Source: the human T2T-CHM13v2.0 reference genome, Homo sapiens. Taken from it: 64,000 bases of DNA. The notes under the pieces are model-generated. The model made no database searches, had not been told where the DNA came from, and was given only the letters and a program-made list of their open reading frames with translations. This document shows, in pieces, positions 45,980 through 61,650 of this stretch; positions within the stretch are counted from its first letter, which is position 1, and every line of letters starts with the position of its first letter. Where the stretch lies: the NCBI RefSeq assembly GCF_009914755.1, contig NC_060937.1, one strand, 5' to 3'. Made by a program: the position numbers and the translations under genes.

Positions 45980-46470
45980 AAACCGTTGTTCTACTTTTTT
46001 ATGAACTATGCAACAGTGTAGCTGAGTAATCGATGAGATAAATTGATATTTACCAATATGATCCAGCTAAAAAATAAAAATTGAATTAAATTATTTTGAA
46101 ACTGCTCATGAATAAATGAATCTAGGCAACTAGTAGGTGCATGACACAATGAGAGAGAATAAGAAATTAGATACCCACTGATGGAAAATGTCTCCACTTA
46201 AGAAATAGTCTTCTCCAAAAAGTGAAACAGTCTATTCAAACCTCTACACTTAACTACAGATTTCAAGGAAATACAGAAGAAAGAAAATATCAAATTATAC
46301 TTTAAAAATAACATCAGCAAAACTCAGATCTTGTGAAACTCTACAAGATATATGACCAAGTTTATTCAACAAAAAATTATGCAAGAAAAGTTTAAATGAG
46401 AGGGATAAGATACATTCTAGTATTTAAAAGAGACTTGTCAATTGAGCTAAAAAAAAAGAAATTGTCAAAT
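45980..46470 (+). mobile_element. Old L1M 3'-region fragment
   Basis: CATCAGCAAAACTCAGA..GAAACTCTACAAGA..ATTCAACAAAAA..TTTAAAAGAGACTT. Confidence 0.5.
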
Positions 46471-46599
46471 AAAATACACACTATCAAGAGATTGTTAACA
46501 TCAAGCTTTCCTAATAATAACAAGGTTGTCAGCAATCAAGTGTCTCAGAAAAAGCAGGGTAAATCTGGAAATTTGAAATGGGCTCCACATTTCCTTCCT

Positions 46600-47846
<1,247 letters not shown>

Positions 47847-48237
47847 TGCCTTAGTCCATTTTGTGCTGCTATAACAAGACACCTGAGAGTGGGTAATTTC
47901 TAAAGGACAGAAATTTATTTTCTCCCAGTTCTGGAGGCTGGGAAGTCCTAGGTGAAGGCACTGGCAGATTTGGCTCCCTGGTGAGGGCTGCTCTCTGCTT
48001 TTAACGTGATGCTTTGTTGCTGCATCTTCCAACGGGAGAAATGCTGTGTCCTAAGATGGCAGAAGGTGAAAAGGGAGTGAGCTAAAGGCTTCAGGAAGCC
48101 TTTTTTTATAAGGGCAACTGATCCCATTCAGGAAGGAGGTGCCCCCATGACCCAATTACCTCTTGAACATTCTACCTCTTAATACTATCACATTGACAAC
48201 ACCTGCAGTTTAGAGGGGACACATTCAAACCACAGCA
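47847..48237 (-). mobile_element. MSTC/MSTD-type 5' LTR
   Basis: TGCCTTAGTCCATTTTGTGCTGCTATAACA..CATTCAAACCACAGCA; adjoins internal sequence. Confidence 0.85.
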
Positions 48238-49314
48238 ATAAGTATTCATGCAAACCACAGTCATAAGTATTCTGTCATACTTTCTGCTTGAATTTATTAT
48301 TCTGTCACTTTGATTTAAATTATAGTGTATGCTTTAGACATGAACCAATATTGAACATTTATGTTTACCTTGAAGTCAAAACAAATCCCACCACACTTCT
48401 TCCAATATCCTTTTAAAATCAAACAAAAATGCTTTTTCAAAAAATAAGCTGAAAATTTCAGAGCAAGCATCTAATGGAAATGAAATATAATGATGAACTT
48501 AATATGTTTCCTGAAACCCTTAATTTTTATTAATGAAAATAGCACGAGTGGCCCTCCTGGCTTAATGGCAAGTTATTAGTATAATATTCCTGGTACATCC
48601 AACAATAAATCCTAATAACTTTAGGATGAAGCTAGGTTCTGACATCTGCTTATATCTCAGTAAATTCACTCTATCCTGTTTTATATGTGAGTAAAGATAT
48701 TGTTGAAATAAAAATCTTCCTGGCTAGCTGATTGCTTGGCATGTTTTCAGCACAATAGATCTTACATTGAAAAACAATAAATGAACATAAACATTTTCCT
48801 TAAATTCAAGCCCATTACACTTGAAATGCAACACTCTGTCATTTGCTGATCAGTGTTTCCGTTGACCTCTGCGCTCAATGAATGCAGCAGCTTGATTGAA
48901 AAAAATATTTGGAAGACAGTATTATATTATTTGCAGAATGAGGTAATTGGAGAAAAGCTGACAGTAAGTTTCACAGGGGCCATAACCAAATAGTAGCTGG
49001 GGCGTAGGATGAGAAGTGGAAGAGAGAAAGAGATAGTAAAAGAAAGAGAGAGAGAGAGAAAGAGAGGCAAGAATATGGAAATGCTAATAAAGTCACAGGG
49101 ATGAGTTCTGTTTATGTGGACATTCTCTAGTTTTATTGTTATTGTTGTTATCTCTATATTTATTTTCAATGTGGCTGTTAGGTGCACCGAATTGTATTCA
49201 TCATAATCTTTGGTTCAAAATTGTTAATGGCTCATCATGGCCCGCATTAGTTAGTTAAAATATGAATCCCTACGGACATAGCTAACAGCTCAGGAACTTA
49301 AAAGAACATGAAAC

Positions 49315-49611
<297 letters not shown>

Positions 49612-49639
49612 TTATGAAACCCAGCTACATAAGCATGAG

Positions 49640-50330
49640 TGTTCATCCCAGACCTGATACCTCTGCTTTCTCCCAGAAGGAAACACTGCCTTCAAATGCG
49701 TGTTCATCACTACTTTAAAGTTTCTAGCATATATACTTACGTCCAGAATGTATATTTTTTGGTGACAGTTGCTTTTGAGTTTTATTACAAAAAAAAAAAA
49801 ACAAACCTATTTTACTATATGAAGATGTCTATGCCTGGGTTTCCTCACTGGGTAAGACTCAGTTTTCTCCATATTATTGCATGTATATGTAACTCACTTT
49901 CCTTCTAATAATAATCTAGCACATGAAAAAGCTGTAATTTGTGAACATTCTCTCATCAGAGAGCAAATGTTTCCAGGTTTTCGTTATTGGATGTGCTATA
50001 AAACTTCTTCTAAATGTTTCTGGTCACATGCACGAAGATTTTCTCTTGATGACATAAACTAAGTGGCATGGCTGGGGAAAAAGAGGTATGGACAGTAACT
50101 GAGTGTGATGAAAAGTTTCATGTCAGTTCTTAATCTCACTGACAATATGTATGTGTATAACCTGTTGATCCACTTCTTTATTACCATTTGCTTTAGTCAC
50201 AATTTTTGCCAGTCTAGTGGGTATAAAATAATAACTCATAATGGCCTAATTTATATTCTCATGTTTACTAAAAGAGCTGAGCATCTTCTCTCTTTCCTGG
50301 CTGAGGCTTTTATTATTCCAACATGTTTTC
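49640..50330 (-). mobile_element. Ancient L1ME 3' fragment
   Basis: CCATATTATTGCATGTA, TTCCAGGTTTTCGTTATT, TTTTGCCAGTCTAGTGGGTATAAAAT, GAGCTGAGCATCTT. Confidence 0.55.
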
Positions 50331-50660
50331 TTTCTCTTGTGGTTAATGATGTACTCTTATAAAAAGTTATGACTGTGTGTGTTTTTCTATTTAAAACCAT
50401 ATTTACAAGGTTTAACTCCACCTTACCTGGGGATTAATGAGCTATTCTGTTTGTATTCACTTATGCTTTGGGCTGAGTGGATGCAGCTTGCATACATTTA
50501 ATGACCAAACACTTTAGTTTAAATTATTTGAGAACGTGACTATTTGAACTTATAGGTACCACATAACTTTCCACAAATTATTTAAATATATTTTGGAGAA
50601 AAATTTGAGTTCAATTTTAAATAAAAATTAAATACAGGTTCAAAGCATTTTTATAAACTC

Positions 50661-50802
50661 TTTTATTTTTATTTATTTATTTATTTTAGACAGAGTCTCG
50701 CTACGTTGCCCAGGCTGGTCTCAAGCTCCTGGGCTTAAGTGATCCTCCCACCTTGACTTCCCAAAGTGTTGATATTACAAACATCAGCTACCTCACCTGG
50801 CC
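50661..50802 (-). mobile_element. FLAM / Alu monomer with (TTTA)n tail
   Basis: GAGTCTCGCTACGTTGCCCAGGCTGGTCTC..GTGATCCTCCCACC. Confidence 0.85.
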
Positions 50803-52962
50803 TCTTCCTGGTTATTTTCGAATCCTAATAAAAATTTGAATCTAAAATTTAACACAAGGCAATTATATGTGTATCTCTAGGTAGTAGAAATAAAAAATGT
50901 TAATCACGAGATTTTCCTCTTTTTACTTTGATATTTTCAAAAACTTAAAAATATCATGCATTTTATAATTATAACAATGTTATTACTCTCATCAGTTGTT
51001 AATCAGTACCCTGATGTCCACGTTGAGGATTTTCCTGCCTGCCTTGTCTGCTTCTCAAAGCCTTTTAAACCAGTGTAGCCACAGACCATAATATATCAAA
51101 TCATTTAACGGCAAGTGTTGCCCAAAAAAATTGAGGGGGGCTATTATTTTTGTAATTTTCATGAATGATACATTTCTGCAATCAGGTATTGAACTCATTC
51201 AAAAAGTTATGTATTGACCATTTTCTTTCTTATTGCCCTGGATTCTGGTGCTGGAGAGATAGTGGTGAACCCAACAAAGCCCCTGACTTTATGGAGCTTC
51301 CTTGTTAGAAGAGGAGAAAGAACATGTGTGTGTGTCTGTGTGTTGGTGGGTGTGTACATGGGTGTGTTGGTGTCAGTTATTCATGAAAACAACAAAAAGC
51401 AGTGTAAGGGAAAGAAGTTGGGTGAGCAGAGTGAATGGCTTATGTCTCTGAGTTCCATTCTCTTCCGCACGTGGTCCCAGGCCTACCTCCTCCATTTCCT
51501 TCAATATCAAGTTCATTTGGTCATTCTTCAAGGAGGCCTTCCCAGGCTTCATGAACTGGAATAGGCTTTACTATCCTATCCACTTTTAAATAAATTTTTT
51601 AAAATGGAAACGAATTACTCAGTGAATTCTAAATAATTATCTGGTAGTTGAGAAATAAATACAATGATATAGTGTTCTGTTTTATGTAAAAGGTGTGTTT
51701 CTCTTTTCCAGTTAATCTTTACTGTATAATGAATTTGAGAGTTTGAATTTCTTGCAGGAAGTTAGAAAATAAAACATCGTCTCAGGAAAAGTATTTTGGG
51801 GAAAAAAGAACTTCAAAGACTACAAATCATAATTATGACTAATTAGAAGTGAGGTTTTGAATCTCCCCTAGCATTCACCAGTTATTGAGATTCCAGAAAT
51901 ATAGCTAACCCAAATTTAATTAATGCACAACAAAGAGATATTCACTAAAGGGGTGGCATAATGATACAGTCAGAACCCATGTATCAGTATTAAATAGGCA
52001 TTGGTTATTGCCCTACTGATGTTGTTTTGCTTACCCATCCAATTTTTAAAAAGACTTGAGGTGCTTTGTCCTGACATATAGGCATGTTAATATATTGAAG
52101 ACGTTTCTTTATTTTCTCTTTTAAAGAGTTTTTGCTGTGACATAACAATAACTGATTTTCTGATTTATTCCCTCAGTAATTTAGTTGCTACTCCATTTCT
52201 ATGAACCACAGCCAAGTAATTAATCTTTTACCTGGGAGACAGCACTGGCGATTTTAATAAAACACAGGAACAGGAATACATTTATATAAGAGAAAGGACA
52301 GAAAAGACCTGTTTTAGGATTTAGGATGTGATTAAAAGAGAACGTTTTGGCAGGCATGAAGAGAAATAGGAGGCTGATATCAGTGCATGGAATGTCTCAT
52401 TACTGCTTAATAGTAGTGTACAGAAGACACACGGGGAGCAGCATTTGGCTCACAAGAAATATACTTTAAAAAAAAAACACACAGCAAAAATGAGGTTGGA
52501 AAAGCATTCATTAGTGTATGAGCTCTATATGTTGCCTTCACTGTGAAGGTTGTTCAGGGGGCTGGGAGCATGGTCCTCAGACAGCATAGCATCTCTTTCT
52601 CCCAAGATGCACATTATGCTAATTAAAGACGTGTGATTAAGATCAAGTGAGGTTGGCATGCCCAGTTTGATCACAGTGACTGGTTCAACACGAAGGAAAA
52701 ATTCACCACCCTCTGATGCTTCTGCAGTCTGAAGTGGGGTAATGCTGTGAAAGGGTGTGTTTTGCCTATTCTGAAGTCATAGGAAGACAGTAAGTTTTGA
52801 TGTGGTTCTTAGGCAACCTGTAAATATTTAGAAGACTTTTAATCATTTTTGAAATGACAATTTTTAACACATTATGATGTCTGGAAGCAGAAGCAGCAAC
52901 GTATGGCATAGTTCTCCCAAAAACTTATTTTCCTTCTGAAAATCAATGTCAACACCATCTCA

Positions 52963-53274
<312 letters not shown>

Positions 53275-53878
53275 TTACAGAAACATATATTTTACTGACA
53301 TATGTAAGCAGTAACTATATGTTACCAAAAGAGGTAGATAAGAAGTAAAAAAATTATTTAGCTTCGGAGATACTTACCAGTCCCAAACGTGTTCAATCAT
53401 ATACTGTGAATCCTCCTAAAGAATTACTGAAAGTGATAGAATTTTCTGCTGTTTTCCTACTATCAAAATATATTTCAAATAAGAAATATGAAAATATTTC
53501 CTCTTTGGAATTTGTTTTCCTTTTTCTTCACTTTTTTAAAATTTGCAATATTCAAGATCAACTAATTCCTCTAGTGTCCTTTAAACCTTATATGGAGGCT
53601 CTAAATTGAGCTTTTTATATAGTAGTTGCTCTATAATTATTTGTGTCCACAGAATACCCTTGTTTTTGATCTTGAAGCTCTAAGTAATGTATTGCTGCTG
53701 GACATGTAATTCCTCCCAAAATGTTGTACTAGGTTGAGTGTCAGGCTAAAGTCAGGGGAGCAGGCTCTGGAGGCAGGTATGATACAAATGAGGGGAGGCG
53801 CATACCTTCTGGGTCACAGCTGCTTTATCTTTACAAAGAAAGGATTATACTAAGTGATTTCTAAGGCACGTAATTTTA

Positions 53879-53925
53879 CTATGTTGGTGCAAAAGTAATT
53901 GCAGTTTTTGCAATGAAAAGTAATT
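53879..53925. mobile_element. MADE1 (Hsmar1 mariner MITE), half element
   Basis: GTTGGTGCAAAAGTAATTGCAGTTTTTGCAATGAAAAGTAAT = one terminal inverted repeat (TIR) plus spacer. Confidence 0.8.
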
Positions 53926-56339
53926 ATAACAGCCAATGCATATGATTTCAAATATACAACAAAATCTATCTAGTATAGCATTTTCCCACACAAACCTTTC
54001 ATGTTTAAAGTCCTCAAGTCCAGAAAAATGGAAAAAAAGAAACACAAACTTTGAATATCTCTTTATTAACACTAATGGTCAAAAACCTCAAAAATTTATT
54101 TTTTAAAAAATTCACTTTTATGTAGATTATGTTTATAAGGAAAACAGGTGTTTTATTGGCTTTGCAAAGGAACACATCTACATTAAAATAATTTTTCCAT
54201 GATAACCATAAAACTTAACACCACATGCAGGAAACTTAGGCTGTTCAAACAATTTAAAAGAAAAAAGCCAAGATTAGTTAAAAGATTAAAATTGAAAAAT
54301 TGGTATTTGAAAATAACAGAGTTAATAACTCTGACTAGCTATTCTAGTAAATGGATTATTTTCAAAACAGCTAGTGGTTTAACTCAATACATTTTTTTCA
54401 TGCTTTTGTGAAAATAAAAACTGATTCGTGAATGAACCAGAATCAATTCTTTTTTTAACTTAACAATATAAATACTTCTGATTTATTATCTTTATTTTCT
54501 ATCAGAGATGAAGAGCTATTAAATAACATGGATGAGAGATTTACATTTCCTGTCAGAGATATAACAAAATGCTCTCTTGTTGTAATAGGAAGTGTAGGGA
54601 ATGGAAGAGTGTTTGGAAAATACCGAGAGATCCTGTGATCAGGGCCACGGCTCCTAGAGGATGTTGCAATCTTTACTTAGGTCCAAATGCATCAACACTA
54701 ATCTTGATTACAGCCCAAACTACCATTCGCTGCAAGAAATGTGTCTCTGATGGAAAAATGACTGCATAATATGAAGGTAGGCAGACACTTCATTTTCAGA
54801 GATACCCACAATTTTCCAAACTGGCTTGTTCTTTTTTAGTTAATTGTCCATATGCAAAGTTCACCAATTCTCCAAGCTACAATTCTTAGTCATTCTTGTC
54901 AATTCGACCCAGATGGCAAAATTAAAGGCCCTTCACATCATGGCACAACAGTAATTTTAGTTCATCAAAGATTCTTACCCCATGCTGTTTTTTCACAATT
55001 AATATTTAAGTTCCTGTTGGGCAAGTGCTTCATGAACAATGACATGTACTCTGTAGCTGGAGGATCCATCTTCTTGTCAAAGCTGATGGAGAAAAGAAAA
55101 GTGGTCTGCGGACATGATAATTACATATTGCCTGAAAAGGTGGAAGGTGAGCTGCTACAGATGGGAGGAGAGATGAAAGAAGCTCTCACTGCCAAAGAAT
55201 TCTGAGAAAAACTACCAACTCTGAGTCCTACTGTACTGCAGTCCCCAAGCCCAAGAGAGGCTAAATCAAAAGAGCTATAGGGTTTGACTTTTAACAGCAA
55301 TTAATAACAAACACAGATAGTATTCAGATAATGAAAGTCATTAAAGAGCACGCACACAGAGTTATCTATTTCGAAGCAGTAGCCATTGATTTAGGCATTT
55401 TGCATAATCATTCTGCATCCGTTGTTTCTGAAGCTGAGGAAATACAAGTTTCCATTGCTTAGGAAATATATACTTCCATTAAATTGACCAGAAAGTATTT
55501 TTCCATCAGTTTTAATTATAAAAACACCTATTTTATTTATTAATATCATGGAGTTACAGATGAGAAAGTAGCAAAATATTTCATCTCAATTCATTTTTGC
55601 AGCAAAAACAAATGGTTGGATTTATCATTGCAATTTCAATCAAGGAAAAGAAAAAGCTTCAAGACATTCAGTGACTGATTTGGTCCTACAGTTAGTAAGA
55701 GACAGATTTGAGGATTTAAAATATATCTTCTAGCACCAAGTTCAATGTTCTTTCTCCCAATCCAAATCTAGCTCCCAAATCCTTTACGAAAGACATTATC
55801 CTGTATGCCTGAATTTAATATTCAGTTTCAGTGATGTTAAATAGAAGAGAATAGAAGTGGCCACTTACAAATAAAATAAAATGTTACTTTACTCCTTATC
55901 TTCTCCTGATTTTAAATCCTAGAAGTAATGTAGCAGAAAATGTTGATGGTCTTTGTTTAAAATAGTCATGTAATAAGTAGAAACAATAATGTAACAATCT
56001 CTAAAATGAGTTATTAAATGATGAAAGGTATTTGGCATTTAAAAATGTTTAAAGAAAGAAAAGACAAAAAGAAAAGTATATTTAGGATAAAATAACCCTG
56101 TGAAAATAAAATTTCATTAAAAAAGAGAAAACAGCAGACTCGTTATCCTCTCATAACTGATTTCTTCTGGGGAAAAAAAAAGATAAAGTTGACTTTGCTG
56201 TTTGTCAAAATATTTTTTTCACAATTCCATAATATTAACATAATTTTTCTCTGAATGAATCATCATGGAAATAGTGACGGTGGTGATGATAATGATGAAG
56301 AAGAAGAAGGTAGTGATGACAATACCAATGCTAAGTAAT

Positions 56340-56535
56340 AGTAATTAACTACTTGATATGGCCATGTAACAAGAATTATGCAAAGAGCTTCATCTAAACA
56401 AGGAGGAGTTACAATTATTAGCACTGTTTTAATGAGCAGGGCAAGGAGTCAGAGAGATGAAGTCACTAGCATAGGTTCACTGCCCCAGCAAGCAAAAACA
56501 CTAGATTCAAACCCATACACCTGACTTCAGATTTC
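56340..56535 (-). mobile_element. MIR
   Basis: TTATTAGCACTGTTTTAA..GAGTCAGAGAGATGAAGTCACT..GATTCAAACCCA..CTGACTTCAGA. Confidence 0.65.
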
Positions 56536-57458
56536 CTCTTTTTCATGTGAATCAAGAGTTCTATGTAAAACAACACCACACAAACAAAATCAAATCTTCA
56601 CTCACGAATTATCATAACCTAAACTGAGATAGTTAAGCAAAGAGACTTAGCAAAAGCTTGAATCATTAGAGTTTTAATCTAATTTTTTCTGTACATTTTG
56701 TATATAGAAAAGACATGATCACATATTACATTGAAAGTTAATGGTAATGATTGTATTATAATTATGAAATTAGGTCATTAATTAAAACTTCCAAAAGTTT
56801 GTAGTACATTTTACGAAAAGTGTTACCTCAAGAAACTTTTAAGATTAATTAATTATATCAACTGGCTAGAATATGTTTTTTCTTTCCCTGACATAAAAAA
56901 ATCAAAAAACATCTAACTGCATTTTTATTAATTCTTTAAGACATGGTCTAATTTTCACTGCCTTATACAGTTTTTTAAAACACTACAGCTGTATTCAACA
57001 ACACTGCATTTAATTTCCCATCATTCGTTGTACATAACTCCATTACAGCATTTATGCTTTTCATTGCTTTCTTAAAGTACACATGTAACCATCATGCTCT
57101 ACTAGTGTATAAACCAGGTAATTTTGAAATAGGAACCTTATTATTTATTTGGCATTCTCAGGGCTTACCATAGTGTCAATTCTATATTAGATTCCTAATT
57201 AATACTAATTAATTTACAATTAGGCCCCAAACGGAGCTTTTCACGAAGTAGATGCTTTAAAATAGTTGATATTATTTCTTTTCTCTTAATTTCATTGTAT
57301 ATTTTATATCCTTTACAACATGGTGTTCAAAGAGAGGTATTAATATATACTTAACTGCCTTAAATTATAGTTTTTAAAACGTACAAAAGGTCACATGAGG
57401 AAAATACATTTCAAATCTAAAATCACTTTGAATTAGAACCAAAAAAAAAAAAAAAAAC

Positions 57459-57633
57459 CACCGGGGACTGTTGTGGGGGAAGGGGGGAGGGATAGCATTA
57501 GGAGATATACCTAATGATAAATGACGAGTTAATGGGTGCAGCACACCAACATGGCACATGTATACATATGTAACAAACCTGCACGTTGTGCACATGTACC
57601 CTAAAAAAGTACAATAATAATCAAAACAAAAAA
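57459..57633 (+). mobile_element. L1PA (PA3-5-like) extreme 3'-UTR fragment
   Basis: CACCGGGGACTGTTGTGGGG..GGGAGGGATAGCATTAGGAGATATACCTAATG..GCACATGTACCCTA. Confidence 0.92.
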
Positions 57634-59599
57634 AGCAGAACTTAATACCTGTATTGATAATTTGAAAAAGGTCAGTTAAAACCTCAAACACAGATTTTTT
57701 ATTACTGTTTTGCCTTTTCCCTACAAAAAAAAAAATTATATGGCCATGCTCTGAAAAATGCAACTAATTTCATTTGACAGCATTTATTCTTTAAAAGTTT
57801 TTCCATGCATGGTTTACCTCCTCTCAAGAAGTTTTGAAGAAAGGCAGTGAAAAAAAACAACAATAGAAGGTTTACCACATGATGAAAAAAACGCTAATAA
57901 TGCTAATTTCTTCAAATTCTGAGAAAAGGTGTCATGAGAAAAAATGTTTATATAAATTTTCCATGTATTTTTTTGACATATTCTCCACCTTCTGTGTCTA
58001 CATCTTCACAATGAGGTCTAGAGATACATAGGTTAATTTTAAATAAACCGAAATAGTACTATTTATTAAACAGTGTAACTCACATTTTTCATGTAGATTT
58101 TTGCATTTAATAGCATATATCTTAATTTGCATAAATCCAAGAGCAGTGAACTATCTGAAGAAAAACTATTTACAAGATATGAACAGACATTCATTCGAAT
58201 TTGGATTTTAAAAAATTGGGTATGGTTGTGTGTTTTGTCATAATTTAGTATGTAATTCCCATGGGTCAAAAATTAGGTCATGGTGAAGTAGTAAGTTTAG
58301 TGAAAAATTACTATATTTTAAAAATTTGTGTAAAATCCCTGTGAAGCTTTAAGTCCAAATAGCAAGTTAATACATACCAGAATGTTTTGATATAGGAAAC
58401 AAAGTTATAGAAAGCATACTCAAAGTATATGCTTGATTCTTCACTTTCTAAGGATTTCGTTGACTACTATGTATGATTCTACTTAGAAAAATATGATTTC
58501 TGTAACCTTAAGCATTTTCTCATCTCAACCAAAGTGCAATCAATTGAGCTATTAGGTGTGTGCACACTACCCAAAAAGCTATTTGATATTCTTTGTAGCT
58601 ATTTATTTCTTCATGAAAGCCATTCTGAAAGTCCTGACAAGCTTTGAAGTGATTAGACCCTGGCTATAGTTTCTCATTTCAGCTGGATCAATAACCTGTA
58701 CATAGGACGCGATTCTAAGACCCCGTGGTACCCCTCATGCTGATCGTGCAATTCAAAGTTCATGAGTAATACATCAATTACTATGAAACAATGTGAAATA
58801 AAAGTTTTATGGCTATTCTTAGAGAAGTGTTAGATTAGTTGACAGCAAAATAAAAAAAAATTACGGTTTTAACAGCCTGAGCCTTATTAAAATCTAAATA
58901 AAGTACCTACATTTACAATAAAAAAGTGTAAAAAACCCCACACACATTCAAACAACGTCTGTTAAATACTGGAGGCAAAATAGAGAAACTACATTCGATG
59001 GCTCTAAAGTCACTTAATTTAATTTGTAGAAAGAAGCTTAAAGGAGAAATTTTCATCTGAATTTAAATCTTTAGTCTTCCAGTAGATTAAGGAAAGTGTG
59101 CTGGCAAATGAGCCTCCCCAGAAGCTAGAATACTACAAGCAGGAATTTTGCAAAATGTGATTTCTCTGACAAAGCTAATAAACCGCAGGTAGGGCACATT
59201 CCAGGACTGAAAATACCCCGAACAGAATCTTCAGATGGGGCAGCGTCCCATCCATTTACTCCAACTGTGCCAAGATATTACAGATCTGTGTGTATCAAAA
59301 GAGAATGCATACCATCCATGGTTTTTTTGCCACCAGCCACAGTGGGGGATGACATCAACTTCAATAAAATTACAAAAAACACTAGGTAAGAAAGAAAAGG
59401 ATTGGAAAAATCACTGCTGGATTTTATTATGATTCTTGAATCCACAGGCCTTAAATTCTGAGTTTTCTGGAAAGGCAGCAATTTTATCTGTAGCAACATT
59501 ATTTACAGCTGACTACTTCCATCATCGTCTAAAAGGTTGTTCACTTCCTCTATTCCTGTTTTTAGAATGCAGCACACTTTCTGGCACATAAGATGTAAG

Positions 59600-59830
59600 T
59601 ATATTTATATCCATGTCTATGTCTCTGTCAATGTCTACAACTATATCTATACATAGATATCCATCTATATAGAAACATACAACATAGATATATATCTACA
59701 TCTATATCTAGAAAATACAGCTTTGGAATAAATAGCTACATATTATGCAAAATATACAAACTATAGAGGCATACCTATCTAAATATATAGATACATGCAT
59801 AAATATTATAAATACAAATATAAAATCGTG
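59600..59830. repeat. Low-complexity TATC/TA-rich tract
   Basis: Degenerate ATCT/TAGA/TA units. Confidence 0.6.
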
Positions 59831-59916
59831 ATTGCTTAAATAATAATTTATGCTATTTGAAGAAGCATTCCTCAGTAACTTTTTAAGAAACACAAATTAG
59901 TCAACAACACAGTATG

Positions 59917-60221
59917 CTGTAGTCCCTCCTCATCTGCGGTTTTACTTTCTGCCATTTCAGTTACCAGAAGTGCACATCAGTCCAAAAATAGCTGAGTACA
60001 CTTCAATATAATATTTATAGAAAGAGACCACATTTATATAAATTTTATTATACTACATTATTCTTTTATTATTGTTGTTGTTAATCTTTTACTGTGCCTA
60101 ATTTATAAATTAAACTTTATCCTAAATATGTAGTCATAGGAAAAAAAATAGTGTATATAGAATTCAGTACTACCTGAGGGAGGTCCTGAAATATATCCTC
60201 TTTTGATAAGGGGTGATTGCG
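59917..60221 (+). mobile_element. MER44A (TcMar-Tigger)
   Basis: GTAGTCCCTCCTCATCTGCGGTTT..TTACTGTGCCTAATTTATAAATTAAACTTTATC..GATAAGGGG. Confidence 0.85.
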
Positions 60222-60369
60222 AATGTATTTTGGGGGCCTACGAATTTGACAAAAGTGGAATGGAGGACAACTAACGCTAGCAAGTACCATGAAAATGCCA
60301 TTCATTAATTATGACGCTTCAGAAACAACTGGATGATAAGTATCTAAAACGTGGAGAGAGCCGTGTTCT

Positions 60370-60860
60370 CTTCTATTCACTAATTGTTCCATCAGGTAAT
60401 TATTCTAAAAGATACATAAATCTTTTAGGTATAAGAAAAGGTTTATTGCAGAGATGTTTATGAGATCATCATTTATATGCCAAGACTTGGAAACAATCTA
60501 ACTAGCCAATTCTGTTATGAGCGTTTGATAAATTACAGTATATATACACAATATGTTTGTATGTAGCCGTTAAAATAATGAACATTAAAGTTGTTAGTGA
60601 TATGATAAACAGTTTAAATGAGTTTTTGAACAAATTATAGTCAGGCAAAATTATAAATATTTTGATATATATCTGTCAATGGCAAAAATTTTTGAAAGAA
60701 ATGTAATTTTTTTCCTGGATGAAGATCAGTGGGTAATTTTTCTCTTTCTTTCTCCTTTGTTTTTACCCTTTTAATCTACCTCAGTCCCTCACATTTTCTA
60801 CAGTGGTATGCATTATTGTATAGTAGCATAATATGATTAGTATTCTATTGTTTTTAAAGG
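60370..60860 (+). mobile_element. Ancient L1ME 3' fragment
   Basis: ACTTGGAAACAATCTAA..GATAAATTACAGTATAT..TAGCCGTTAAAA. Confidence 0.5.
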
Positions 60861-61306
60861 AAAATACATTGCCATGAAGAATAGTACTAAGTACTGTATG
60901 CTAGGCATGGTGAATAAAACTGGATGGGTTTTTGTCCTCATGAATTTTATAGAGTTGTCTAGAATCCAAAAGTTAATTAATAATCATGCTGGCTAGGGAA
61001 TAATGATTCAGAAACCCGTGTTAATGCCTTGAGGCTGTTAGGGAAGAGAATGTCCTCTGTGGCCTGTTCTTGGGAGTAGGTAGGGAAAAGGGGAGAGCCT
61101 GGAACCCATGGATCAGGTTTCTGAGAAGCTGAGGAGGGGTCAAACCGCGCCAGGGAACAACTTGGTCTCTGTTCAGGACCTTGGCTTTGGCCTGAGAGCC
61201 AGAAAAGCTGCATAAGTTCTGAATAGAGGAATGATAAAGATGATTTCAAGGATGAACTAAGCTTGGTACAAGGAGACCAATGAGGAAGGTAGCACGGCCG
61301 TCCAGG

Positions 61307-61650
61307 TGTATTAGTCCAGGCTTGCACCTGAGAATGAGTAATTTACAAGAAAGGAGGTTTAATTGGCTCATGGTTCTGTGGGCTGTACAGGAAACATGGT
61401 GTCAGCGTCTGCTTTAGTGGAGGCCTCAGGAAGCTTCCAACTGTGGCAGAAGCAGGAGCAAGAAAGAGAGAGAGGTGCCACATACTTTTAAATGACCAGC
61501 TCTCCCGAGAACTCACTATCAGGAACCAGCACCAAACAATGAAGGATCCATCTCCATGATCCGAACACCTCCCACCAGGCTCCACCCCCTGCATTGGGGA
61601 ATATAATTCAACGTGAGATTTGGGTGGGGACAAATATCCAAACTTTGTCA
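61307..61650 (-). mobile_element. MSTB solo LTR (MaLR)
   Basis: TGTATTAGTCC..GGTTTAATTGGCTCATGGTTCTG..GAGATTTGGGTGGGGACAAATATCCAAAC..TCA; TSD CCAGG (61302-61306 / 61651-61655). Confidence 0.9.

Noticed and set aside
54852-55205. 117-aa ORF with a possible internal exon at 55057-55146 (TAG|..AAG|GTGAG)
   Set aside because: No recognisable protein family, a weak polypyrimidine tract and no partner exons; an ORF of this size is expected by chance in 64 kb.
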